Positions 49,850 to 62,761 of a stretch of 64,000 nt of DNA are shown piece after piece (positions within the stretch are counted from its first letter, which is position 1; each line of letters begins with the position of its first letter). The position numbers and the translations under genes are program-made. The notes under the pieces were generated by a model. The model ran no database searches and was not told the origin of the DNA. It saw nothing but the letters and a program-made list of their open reading frames with translations. Origin of the DNA: Mobula hypostoma (taxonomy: Eukaryota); assembly GCF_963921235.1 (NCBI RefSeq), contig NC_086097.1, forward strand, positions 149,298,001-149,362,000, read 5' to 3'.

Positions 49850-52800
49850 GTTAGTGCGTTGCTTAGTGAGTCTTGCCTAGAGGGGTTTTAAAACAAAGCT
49901 ATTTAGCTTCTAGTTGTGGCTGTCAATTGTGTTGAAAGAATTTTGAAGATTTTGTTGTCTTTCTTTGAAAACCACATGTAAACTGGTATTTTCAGGTATG
50001 TCAGCATGTTTAGTTATGTAAAGCTTTTCCTTTAACTTTTTCCGTAACTTTTAGTGATGTGATGCATGCTAGTTCCTCCACTTTACTGCTCATGGGTTGG
50101 ACTGCACCATAGCTGCTGAGATCATGGTTCCTACTTAGGCTGAAAAATGCGTATAAATCTGCACAGCTGATGAAAATAGAAGCTTGACTTTAATTTCTTG
50201 ATTGGTCTGCATTTGCTCATGAAGGAAACAAGTCAGATTTCTTAACTCAGGATTGCATATCATCCTTGATATAAAACAGTGATTTTGTTTTTCAAAGAAC
50301 TTTCTACTAATGTTAGTTTTATTTACTTAATCAGTCTGACAGAACCAGCCAATGGGTCACCCTAACGTGTTTCTTTTATAAGTTTCTTTATAAACACCAG
50401 GGGATCGAAAAGAGTACAGCACAACTATTCCATTCACTATTGTGTAATATTATCAAAAGCTGACACTAAAATAAGCTACCGTAATGAAAGAATATGAGTA
50501 ACTAAAGCCATTTAAAAAATGGTTAATTGAGCATCCCTTCTTAAAATCCCTTCTCAGTCCTGTAGCTTATCCATCTAGTTAGAAAATTCCAAATGGCATT
50601 GTTTGCAATTAGCATATTCTACAGGGATTTATGGTTCCACTGACCTTTCCATCCAGTAGTATGACAGGATAGATAGATTTAACTGACAAACAGCAGCATG
50701 CTCAAGGGTCCAAGTAAAAGTAACTTAACATGTTTCAGCCTGTCGTACTTAAGAGGTAAATATCTGAGTTCCATTCGATGTAGTGTTTATCTGACGGGTA
50801 TTTCCCAAACCAAATACAAGTGCATAGGGTGACCAAGTTGCACATGCGTTACTCAATCAAACCCGTTATATTTTGGGAAAAATATTGTATCATTTGGAAC
50901 ACTGACACATGATTTGATCATCTGTGGTTCCTATTCTGTAAGAAAATTTGCCTTTAAAATTTTATATCTTGAATATATATTTTTTTAATGAAATGACAGA
51001 GATGGGAGGAATGCATCAGTTCTTCGCAAGGGGGTCAGTTGTTGCTGAAGTTTGAATGGCAATTTGTTGAGGAAAATAGTGCTCAGTGGCATAGCTGCAT
51101 TGGAGCTCCAAATGGTAGTATTTTTTGAGTGCCAGTAGGACACCATCTCATTAGGAGCTCCTGACTGTAAGTTGAAATAGGCTTGTGGTGTGATCATGTA
51201 TGACATAAAAACAGTGATGGTTCAGAGAACTTTCCAGATGACCAGTCTATAGACTCAGCTTCTTGATGAATTTGGAAGTTTGCAATCTGTTCAGTGGACA
51301 AGTGGCAATATCTGGCTTTATGTACTGTACTTGCAGTCATCTCCAAGATGGTAAGAGCAAAGAGCATGGCTCTAGCTCACTTTTTTTATATGTACTGTGG
51401 ATGGACTTTTTTCAGCCAATTAAGAAAGTGTTAATCAAAAGTCTGGAATAAGATTTAGACTCTAAAAATACTAAGGCAGAAAGTCTGTTGATTTGATAAA
51501 TAAACAGGAATACCACCTGCATAATTCTAGAACTGGCTTAATTAAATCTCTGTACATCAGTCAGTATCCCTTGGCTGTTAAATCAGTAAATAGTTTTTAA
51601 AAATCTTACTATAACTAAAATAGCCAGTATTTTTCTTCTTGCTATTATTTCTCTCATCTTCCTCCTTCCAAAGGAGCCACCCATCATATAGTGATTTTCA
51701 ATACTGAAAATGGAAAAGCTGTCAGAAAATCGTAGGATGGCTCAGAGTGAGCTAGAAGAATACTTACCCAAATCATGAGGTTGAGTGGCATTAATGATAT
51801 GAATCAGGCTTGATGTTTTAAATTATTATTTCTTTCACTGTTTTAACGGAATTTCCATTTGTGTATTTCTCAATTTTAACTCCCTCTTTTATTTAGAATT
51901 TTATGTTTCCATGTTCCTTTTAGTTTCTTCAGCTTTGATGCCTAGCACTATTTCTAGGCTTTGAGGACAGGCAGGTGATCTTTTCAAAGTCCTCTCATTA
52001 TTGTTATTGAGTACTTGACAATTGGATTTGGTCAAAATTGTGTGTAATTTGCTCACTTCTCTTAAAGCTACTAAGCTAAAATTATGCACTCCACTACTGT
52101 AACATTTTAGTTGATATTGTTGGGGTAAACTGATTATGAAATAAGTAGAGAAAAAGAGAAATAATAGAATTAGATTAACTTTTGATTGAAAGATTATTTG
52201 TAACCAAAGGTTGTTTAGTTTTATTTTCTTTTTCTATGCGGGAGCTAAAGATAAGCCATTTTCCTTTCTTGGGAAGAAAATATAAAATTCCTAGTAAGAA
52301 CCCTGATCTGAAGCCTACGATTGGTGTAACTGCCTTGTAACTCACTCAGTGCCATTGGTGCTTACTTCAATTGAATGTACTCTTCTGATTGTTGTTGAGC
52401 AATGTTATAAGTCGTGCCATTTGATGTCGGTGCGTGAAGGCTATAAGTCGCATGATGTCTTTGACGTCAAGTAAGTGTAAGCTATCGATCGTGTTAGTGG
52501 CAAAAGAGGAGGTTGTTTTGTCAAGAAATTTATGCAATGTGTTGTACATCTTTTTTAAAGCAATTAAAAAAAATCCATCACGAGGTAGTGTTTTATTTCG
52601 CTGAAAGGAAACGGCTGGATATGTGCTTTGGGACCAAGTGTGTATACAGTAGTGCAGGGAGCCTTGTTGCCAAGTACACTACCTCATGAAGAATTTTTTT
52701 TAGAAAACTTTAATTACTTATTCTGCTACACTTTTTTTGTAAAAGAGGAAAATACTGTCTTGCTAAACAAAGGAAACAAATAAAAGTTATGACTTTGTTG

Positions 52801-53099
52801 GATTGCAGAACCCGTGCTGTTTGTCTTTTTTGTTTAAAGCTTGAGGTCCTCATTATATATCTGAAAACAACACAAATACATCACATGTTGGATGGTATCC
52901 ACCTATTTTATATATATATATGTGGGATTAAATTCTGGCAGTCAAAAGGATGGCTTCAACATCAGGGTTCTTGTTCTCCCCAGTGCAAAGTTTTTTTTTA
53001 CCCCTCTATCTTTCAAATGTATTAGTGTGATATAGCTGGAAATTCAAAAATAAACAAATTAACAGATTTTGTAGGTTGGACCAGGAGTTTGAGCTATGG

Positions 53100-53300
53100 A
53101 CCTGGACCCCTCTGTTGGAGATGGGAGTAATAAGTGCCAGTTTTCTCTGGGTGCTCCAGTTTCCTCTCACAATCCAAAGACATGCCGGTTAGTAAGTTAA
53201 TTGTAAATTGCCCTGTAATTAGGCTAGGTTTAAGTCAGGGGTTGCTGAGTGGTGTGGCTGGAAAGTCCTATTCTGCACTGTATCCCAGTAATTAAATTAA
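53100..53300 (+). mobile_element. SINE fragment (V-SINE-like central domain)
   Basis: ctgggtgctccagtttcctctcacaatccaaagacatgccggttagtaagttaattg. Confidence 0.65.
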
Positions 53301-55689
53301 TACATAAATGAAAATACCATTGTTTTCATACTGAGGACTTGGTCTAATTGACTCATTTATTTCAATTATTATGACATACTGTAATTAAAACTTTCTCTTC
53401 CAGACACTGGTGTCATCAAAGCCTAGAGTTTTCTTTAAGTCAGGCAGCAGCACTTGACATCCTTATTGTTAATGTTAGGGTCAGCAATGATCAAATTTAG
53501 CCACAAAAGCTTAAAAGAAATCAAGAATTGGATTTCCGATTTTTATTTTTGAACAAAACCTTGATATAAGTAATTAGCTCAGGTAGACCTCCAAGATTAA
53601 ATGTTTGCATTGTGCACACAACATCCAGAACTTGTAATTTACATGATTTTCCCTTTCCCTGTTGCATCACTTGCATAATGAGCTTGAACACCGCCACAGT
53701 GGGGATTGGGGATATAAGCACTACACATTACTGAATGGCTGTAATAGATAATGGGGCATCTAGTTTATGCAATCTCTAAACTCTGTAACTTGTAAACCTT
53801 TCTTGAGCTTTAAGTTCACTTTGTGTCTACTTATGCATGTAAACTTTTTAAAAAAACAAATTCTCTGCCTAACTGGTGTGGCTGAAATTTCTGATGTTAA
53901 TTTCTAATTTTGAAACGTGAAGGTGATTTCCACGTTTATGACATGACTAGTTCCTTTAATAGAACCATATGACAGCAATTGTACTGTACAATTAATTTTT
54001 CTAAGTGTCATATTGCAGCATGGCTCCCAACAATTAACTTTAATATATAAATTACAAAATCTACGATATTTTCCCTTTGAATGAATGATATGATGTATTT
54101 GAATAGAACTGTACTTTTTCCAATAAGGACAACTAGTTGGCGATGCATTTTGTTTCTCTTACTGAAAAAAGATCATGAATGTTTCAAAGCTTTTATCATT
54201 TTTCTTAAGACTGAAAGCTGGGGCTGTTATCTAGGACAGTACCATTGAAATAAAAGGAAAACAGGAATTGATTTGTAAGATTTCAAGCTTTGTTTTAAAT
54301 ATAAGTGAGAAGGAAATAGTGAATTAGGCTATTTAAATATGTTCATTGGTGATGCAAAGGCGAATGAAGGAAAATGCAGAGGAATGGTCACCATGACATC
54401 CAGCAAGATGATTATAATTGAAAATGAATGATGAAAACTAGAGTTTAATGAATAATCACCTCCAATTGAGTCCTCCTGATTAGGAGGGAGTTACCTGCCA
54501 GCGGAAGTGGTGGGTGCTGGTTTGATTTCAACATTTAAGAGACATTTGGATAGGTACATGGTTGGGAGGAGTATGGAGGGCTATAGTATGGGTGCAGGTC
54601 TATGGGACTAGGCAGCATAATAGTTCAGCATGGACTAGATGGGCAAAGGGCCTGTTTTTGTGCAATAGTTATCCATAACTACAATAAAACCAGTTTAGTG
54701 TGAGTTACGAGATGGATGTGTTTAAACCTGGATAGGAAAATCTTGTGGATAGCTTTTACGCTGGAGGTGTAGTTGTTCCATTTGATGGCAGAGGGATTAA
54801 TTTAATACATAGTGGAGTATAGTAGTAGGGTGTTTTCTGGTTGCGACATCCATGGTTAATTGGCTTAACGCTAAGTAACATGACAAGCACATCAGGGCTT
54901 AAAAACCAAGGCAAAGTTAACAAGCTGAAGAAAGGCATACGGATCAAAATACAAAATTTTAAAGTAAAATTAGTAGTGTTTACAAAATTAATAGATTAAT
55001 TAATAAAATGAACCTGTAGTATTTTAAATTGTAAGGCAAGCAATATGTACTCAAACCTGCAAAAGCTAAAAATGGACAGGAAATACTTTACAGGAACATA
55101 TAAAATGGATTCCATGAAAAGCTGCAGAGATGCAAGGCTCTGAAGCTTTGTAAATTATAGCTGGAAGCAGATGTAGGAGGATCTTTTGTGGTTATATGGT
55201 CATCATTAATGATAACTACTTTGTGATTTGGTCACAGCAGTGATGTACATCTGTAAAAATATATATATACCAAGGTGTTATGAGCATGCAATGCTGCAAG
55301 GTCTGTTTGAAAATTTTTGTTTCCTGAATAGTTTCAGGGTAGCATAGACTAGTAAAGCTGAGATGGAAAACAAACTAATGTAGAAACAAATCATACACAT
55401 GGGAAAGGAAGCTGATTGATTAAAAAGAATAGAGAAATATTGAAATTTAATATGGTCAGGAAAGGGTTAGGTGAATTTGGGGAATCATTTTGGCTTGGTG
55501 GGAATGAAGACATAAAGGTCAGTTTATGGGTAAATAGAAATAAATTCAAGTTGTAACTGGCATTTCAATGATGAGACAAAGTATATATCCATGAAAACAA
55601 AAATTCTTAATGATGCATACAGTTGCTTTATATCTTTCGTACTGTCTCTATTTTGATGATGAAGGCACTCTCAAATTCAAATTTTTTCC

Positions 55690-56730
55690 ATACCCTTCCC
55701 ATCCATGTACTTACCCAAACTTCTCTTAAATGTTGAAATTAAGCATGCTTTTCCATTTTAGCTGGAAGCTTGTTCCACATTGTCTCCACCCTTTAAGTGA
55801 AGAAGTTCCTCTCATGTTCCCCTTAAATATTTCACCTTTCACCCTTAATCTATGACTTGTAGTTCTAGTCTCACTAAACCTCAGGGGAAAAAGCCTTGCA
55901 TTTACCCCATTAATACAGCTCATAAATCTGTACACTTCTATTAAATCCCCTTATTCTCCTAATCTCCAGGGAATAAAATCCTAACCTATTCATCTTTTCT
56001 CTATAACTTAGTTCCTCAAGCTCTAGCAATATTCTTGTAAATTTTCTTTGTATTCTGTCAATCTTACTGATATCTGTCTGGTAGGTAGGTGACCAGAACT
56101 GCACACAATACTCCAAATTGTACCTCACCAATTTCTTATACAACTTCAATATAACATTCAAGCTCCCGTACTCAGTACTTTTATTTATGAAGGCTAGTGT
56201 GCCAAAAGCTCTGTACAACCTGATCTACCTGTGGTGCCACCTCTATGGTATTATAGATATGTATTCCCAGATCCCTTCTGGATCCTGAACTCCAGAACTT
56301 CAGGAGTTTTACTGAACTCCTCAGTGCTCTGCTGTTCGCCATGTAAGTCTAACCCTGGTTTGTTCTCCCAAAGTGCAACACCTCACAGTTGGCTGCATTA
56401 AATTCCATCTGCCATTTGTCTTTCCATTTTTCCAGTTGGTGCAAATCATGCTGTAAGCTTTGATAGTCTTCCTTGCTGTCCCTGATGCTATTTGCAAATC
56501 TGCTGATCTAATTTACCACATTATCAACCGATACAGATGACAAACAACAACAGGCGCAACGCTGATCCCTGTAGTGCATCACTAGTCACAGACCTGCAGT
56601 CAGGGAGTCAACCATCTTCTACCACTCTGTAGCTTCCCCTGCTAAACCAATGTTGAATCCAATTTATGACTTCATCCTGAGTACCAAGTGACTGACACTC
56701 CTCGACCTTATCAAAGGCCTTGCTAGAGAC
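55690..56730 (-). mobile_element. CR1 3' portion
   Basis: Minus [40 protein letters not shown]. Confidence 0.85.
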
Positions 56731-56929
56731 CTTTAATCTGGTACCTTTGGAGCACGTGGCAATTTTCTGGACAATTGGACCCCAATACACTTCACTTTTT
56801 GCACACGTAGTATAATTGATTTTTATGGTAAACCGGGTGAGTACAAAGTGAGCTGTAAACCAAGCTTAGAGAGTTTAAAAACAGGGCAATCTAGAAGAAA
56901 GTTTTCAGCTGGAAAACACAAGACAAATG

Positions 56930-57562
56930 AAATGTTGGCCTTCATTATTTGAGGGGTTGAATTTAAGAGAAGGGAGGTTATGCTGCACCTCTACAGGGTA
57001 CTGGTGAGGCCGCAGCTGGAGTACTCTGCATTTCTGGCGTCCTTACTTGAAGAAGGATATACTGGCTTTGGAGGTGATGCAGAGGAGGTTTACCAGGTTG
57101 ATTCCAGAGACGAGGGGGTTAGACTGAGGAGAGATTGAGTCGCCTGGGACTGTACTTGCTGGAATTCAGAAAAATGAGAGGAGATCTTATAGAAACATAT
57201 AAAATTATGAAAGGGAAAGATAAGATAGAGGCAGGAAAGTTGTTTCCACTGGTAGGACAGACTGGAGCTAAGGGATATAGTCTCAAGATTCGGGGGAGTA
57301 GATTTAGGACGGAGATGAGGAGGAACTACTTCTCCCAGAGAGTGGTGAATCTGTGGAATTCTCTGCCCAATGAAGCAGTGGAGGCTACCTCAGTAAATAT
57401 ATTTAAAACAGGTTGGAGAGATATTTGCATAGTAAGGGATTAAGGGTTATGGGGAAAAGGCAGGTAGGTGGAGATGAGTCCATGGTCTGATCAGCCATGA
57501 TCTTATTGAATGGCGGAGCAGGCTTGATGGGCCAGATGGCCGACTCCTACTCCTATTTCTTA
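56930..57562 (+). mobile_element. CR1 3' end
   Basis: RLGLYLLEFRKMRGDLIETYKIM...FSQRVVNLWNSLP and the 3' UTR gatggccgactcctactcctatttctt. Confidence 0.88.
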
Positions 57563-59932
57563 AGTAAACTACAGCTTATCAAAACAATACATAATTCATA
57601 CACCATCTCCAACTACAGCCTATTACTGATCCTGACCATCCCTGGGTATTCTTAATCGTATTTCAGTTACATACCTGGTGTACAGTTTGAACATTAGGTG
57701 CCACTTAGCCTGAACTCTTTTTGCCCTCTGAACCTCACTGAATCACACCCTGGGCTAATGAGCAAGGCGGATGTAAAACTTTTGGAAAGTCCACAAATTG
57801 CACAACTCTTCCCTCATTTATTTTTAATGAGATCCAACCCTCTCAATGTTTCTTTTTCTTGTAATTATTCAGTGCCCATTCTGAGAAACTTCCTGAAAGA
57901 AACAGTAAAGGTCTGACTGCATTAGCTATTCTTAGACTCTTCTGTCAGTGGCTTGAAACATTTTGATTACTGTCAAGACTGCAGGTGGCTTTAAATGGAG
58001 GTTGATATGGTAAAAATTAAGATTCTTGTAAGCATCATGTGAGAGAAAGATTATTGAACCTATTTTGACATGCATTGAATTTGCTTTTAAGTACTGTTTT
58101 TTCTTGGCCTTACATTATTTAAGGTGGTTCTAGCCAGTGATTTACCCATGTAATCCATTCACTGTTGTAGTCAAATTCTTTATTTCTCACATTTGTTATA
58201 TACAAAAAAGTTAATTCTGTCTGTGGAAAGACATTTTTGTACACTCTCTTGTACTAAAACAAATGCTAGGATTCCTAGCTATTGCCTTCAAATGTGCCTT
58301 CTTTTAAGCTATTATCAATATTATTGATCAGTTGTCATTTCACATAAATGATTAAAGCTGATGTGCAAAGCAGGTGGGTGAGCTAATACAATAGCTAGAG
58401 ATAAACGGCAAAAAGAATTAATCTGACGGAAAAGAATAAGTAATAATTTTAGATTGCATCTTTTATTGGAGTTTCCCTGATGAATAGACTTTAGCAGTAC
58501 TTGCTGATAACTGGACATTTTGAATATTGCCCTTATTTCAGAGGATGTTTGTCAATCTCATATGGAGAGTTCACCCTGAGATATAAAATTTATTTCAAAC
58601 TACAGTGTAAAACAAGTAAACATAAATGTTGAACAATTAATTGCACAGACTCTTGAATGAAGAGTCTTTTAATGTGAAAAATGTTTTAAGCTAAGGCAAT
58701 ACAGAGTTTGATATTTTGCACAGGTCTATATAAGAAAAATTGCATGCCTTTTTTGGATAATTTAATGAATAATCAGATGAATGAATGCTTCACCATTAGA
58801 GTCTCAGACAGTAGTGGTGACTAGATGCTACAATATGGCTCACAAGCAAAGAAAATACATTTTGAGAAACCTACTCAAAATGTGAAAGGGAGACGCAGCA
58901 GGCTGTGGTGAGTTGGTGAGATCAAGTTTGAGTGCTTAAAATTTTGAGCAGTTTTAGGAAGAAAGGAAACTGAAGGAGGATAGAATTCTATAGCATTACG
59001 ATCCTCTCTAGAAAAGGCCAGGAAAACAGTAGGGAAAAAATTCTATTTTCTTAAGATATGCAAGGTACCTCACAGTCAATGATGTATTGGTTGTGTAATG
59101 TCCTCTGTTTCATTTGGTAAGAATTTCTATCACAGTATGAAGAATTCACAAAGACACAGTCTACAACACTAATAAAATAAAGAAGTAGATTATATATAAA
59201 TGTGACAGAAAAAGAGTGAGGAGTACTGGACTATCTTGTCAGTTTGAAGTGCTTCTGTGTATTGTTAGATGTCTTCTAGATAAGGAAGCAGTGGCCCAAT
59301 TGTTGATGAGCTGGATATTTTTAGAACTAGAGTATTGTTACAAAGTTATTGCAAGAGTGTGAAAGGAAAATGAGCTTCCAAAACTTGGCTGTTGTTATGG
59401 TAAATGTGGAAGTTTGGTTCATTCCATTAGTGTGATGAATTGGAGTAATTCCCATCAAATAGTTCATGCAACTTTCTACTCATCGACTTAAATTTTCAGC
59501 ATAATTATTTTATAATATCAGCAGTCTGCGGTTGGTTCTGATGTTTTTTCTATATTATTTCAATTTTATTTGTAATAAATATTCTTCTGTCTCTGAACTA
59601 TTCACATGTTCTAATGCTGTAACTAATCAGCTCAACTGATGCTGGAAGTTTAATGATGAATACAGAAAACATTAATGCTAAAAGTCTGCAAAAACAAACT
59701 AGAATATGACCTTCATTAGTCAGTGTTTAAAATAGAGTTTCTTATTACAGCGGTTGCTTTCAGCACATTACGGTAACTGATAGATTTCAGTTGTTTTCTG
59801 TTTTATTGATTACTTTTGCTCCTCAGCTGTAGAGCTGTGATCTGTTGAGTTGGAGTCTTCCTTTCTCCAACTAATGCGAAGTTTTGCATTGTTGGCTCAA
59901 TATTGAGGGTAATGTATGATCTGAGTTGTTCC

Positions 59933-60492
59933 TTCTTAAGTGATTATTACTGGCTGGGGTTGACCATGGGTGTTGTGTCCCAGCTGTCTACATGACACAC
60001 AAGCCAGAGAAGTACAATATGGAGTGCAAGCTGTTGCTGATGTAGTGGGCTCCCCCTCTCCATGCAGCTGATGAATCTGAAGGAATGACAGAGACCAGTA
60101 CAGTTTGGCACCAGCAGCGTTCCGGGAGTTGCCAGTCAGTGTTGAACGCAACGTAGGACTGCCTTAGGATCTCCAGCTCTGGATCTTTCCTTGGAGTTTA
60201 CTCTCAAAGTCTTTCGCGTGAATGGGTATAGCCACAAGGCAGTTGAGACCAGAGTTTTCCTTCTCCTAAATAAGCTGCCGACCACTGCTGACGAGCTCCA
60301 TCTGCCCAAAGTGTCTGGTTTTAAGACAGCAGTAACCAGCCCTTGCCCCTTTTCCTGTCAGTAATAGCTAAGCCACATATGAAAGCCAGGAGATGGACTT
60401 GGTTGTCAGAAGCTATTTGATACAAACACCATTGGGAGCATTTAATAGGTAGTGGGAGATTATCCCTACTACTACTCCCAGCTATAATAACC
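59933..60492 (-). mobile_element. Short non-coding repeat resembling an RTE-derived non-autonomous element
   Basis: The minus strand has the RTE 5'UTR-like motif ggcagc....taggagaaggaaaactc and ends ...ggtcaacccc...cacttaagaa. No RT ORF. The family call is from recall only. Confidence 0.55.
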
Positions 60493-60731
60493 ATAATGGA
60501 ATCAATGATTATCAGCTGCTTAATACTTCCATTTATATAATTACTATTTTGAGACCTTCAAAAGTACTATTGCTTTAGAATTAATTTTTATTAGGCAAGC
60601 ATTCTTAAAACATTAGTCATCATTGTGAATTTTCAAGCAACTTTCTGTTCCTATGTAATTTTGTGATAAATAAACATTCTCCTGGGATGCATACACATCA
60701 TTCACTTGTGCTGCTTCTGTTTTTGGTTCAG

Positions 60732-60920
60732 GATCTGACGTTTGCCAGCAACCACATGGAGGGTCCAGTTCCTTTGAGTTCAGTGACTTGGTGCCTCTTG
60801 ACCTCTCCCAGAATTCTAGGCACAAGATCCCAGCATCTGTTTCTTCTCTTCAATGCCATGACGAAGAACGAACAATGAAACCTCATTCTAAAACAATAGC
60901 CGTGGCTGCTTCATCATCAG
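60732..60920 (+). CDS. PHF20L1: PHF20L1 coding exon with PLDLS motif, phase 1 to 1
   Basis: Acceptor ctgtttttggttcag|, donor |gttggt. 189 nt open: (G)SDVCQQPHGGSSSFEFSDLVPLDLSQNSRHKIPASVSSLQCHDEERTMKPHSKTIAVAASSS. Resembles human LPLDLSRG...PSSKAIA (recalled). Confidence 0.85.
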
Positions 60921-62761
60921 GTTGGTATTACTAGGAAGTGAGTTGTTAGGGGAGGGGAATAGGAGGGTTGGTTGCACTTTTGTGTTTGATGACTAGGGTG
61001 CGTTCCCAGCATAAGAGCGCTGATGTAACCAGCACTAAAAGGATTTTAATAATAACTAAATTTGGACAAATAGAGAAGCACTATTCAGGCACAAATTTCT
61101 CCCCTCTGTGTGTGCTTTCACAACAGTGATTCACCCAATGTGAAGACACTGCCTCTACAAGAATTTGGAAATAACTTGGAAAATGTGTAGTTTGGGTGGT
61201 TGATGGTTAGGTTGAGTTGTTCTCCAATCTTGGCAATTGTACGGTGGCAAAATGTTTGCAAGTGGATTGCCAAGATCAGAGAACAATTCAACCTAACCAA
61301 ATACTTGGAAAATATGGGATCACCACTCAGCAAGGGGACATGGGACTCAGGCTGCACCCTACCTGAGTGCTGAGTGCAAGCCATTGCCAGGCACTGACTC
61401 CAAGTGCTGATAGACCGGTTGGATTCTCTTTGATTGCCTTCTGTTGGATGTGATGGAAACTGCAAATACTGCCTCAGCTTATCTGCATAGCAAACCTCAG
61501 CTTGGTGAGCATGATAACAAGCTCATAGTGATCACTGCCAGTCGAGAGATCATGAGATCGAAGAGGCGGCTCAACAAATGGAGCAGCAAGTCTCCAGTAA
61601 GAGCCCTTGCTCAACACAACTGGGCATAGTGCGACTCTGAGCCCCTCACCTCAGTACTGAATGGCGCAGCACTGAGACCTGCAACACCAGCTCTCTTAGA
61701 CACCCTCTCCTTACCTAACCTTGCTGCAGGAATGCCAGCAGAGGGCCAGTTTTACACCATGTTCCTCATGCACCCTGAGCCTTTCCAAGTATGGATAAAT
61801 CTATCTCTTTAATTTTTTTCCGACTATTGAAGCCAGACTAGCTAGCCTGTAATTACCTTGGTTTTTCCTGCTGCTGTTCTTGAATAAGGGCACCAGATTT
61901 TATGCCTTCGAGAAGTCATTTGATAGCTCACCACAGAAGATTTAACTCTCCATAAAGACTCCAGTAATCTCCTCCCGTGCCCTCCATGGCTACTTGGCCT
62001 TGGGGTTTAGCTACCTGAACAAGTAACAAATAGTGAGTAAGCATATTGGCCAAATCAGATTTACTCATCAGATCCAGCATCTGTATCTCATGGGCCACTA
62101 CTTTCCACCCTCCAGCTTCTGCCCCTACCTTCACCCTCCTCACCCATCACCTCCCTCCTCCTGCCCTTTTCTCCTTTTCCTTGTCTGTTTCTACCAATCT
62201 CACCCAGCCACCATCCCCCAACTCCACTCGTCACTCTCTCCTACTTGGCTCCACCTGCCTATTATCCCTCACTCCAGTGAGGTCCACCTACCACTAACCA
62301 GCCCTTGCCTCATTCCTCTTTCTTTCATACTGGCAGTCCTTTCTGTATACTGTCAGTGCTGATGCAGGGTGTCAACCTGCAACATAACCATTCCTTTCCC
62401 TCCATCTACGTTGCCTGATCTGCCGAGTTCCTTTATGGGTTTATCTTTTGTTTTGGATTCAGTATTTGCCGTCTCTTGTATCACCAATGGGTACTTTGTG
62501 TTGTGTCAGCTGCTGTCCACAAATCAGAACCCTGTACTGAACAAAGTCATTACTTGTGAGTATTGACCACTGAAATATATAGAGGGCATCTGTTTATAGC
62601 ATAGATCTTTTTTATTACATTTGTATTTAGTTAATGATTTCCTGAAGAGTGAAATTGAAAATAGAGATTTGTTAACTCTTTACAGAGTCTGCATAGATGT
62701 GAAATGGACTCTTGATGTATCATAACAATTGAAAACCTAAAGTACTAGAGAAGTTTCCAGA

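Noticed and set aside
58770..58915. Possible exon ending KGRRSRL before GTGAGT
   Set aside because: No acceptor with a good pyrimidine tract gives an open phase-1 frame, and I recognise no homology.
60060..60312. CTGATGA (about 60068) and CTGACGA (about 60288) as hammerhead cores
   Set aside because: Neither has a properly placed stem II followed by GAAA and an NUH triplet.
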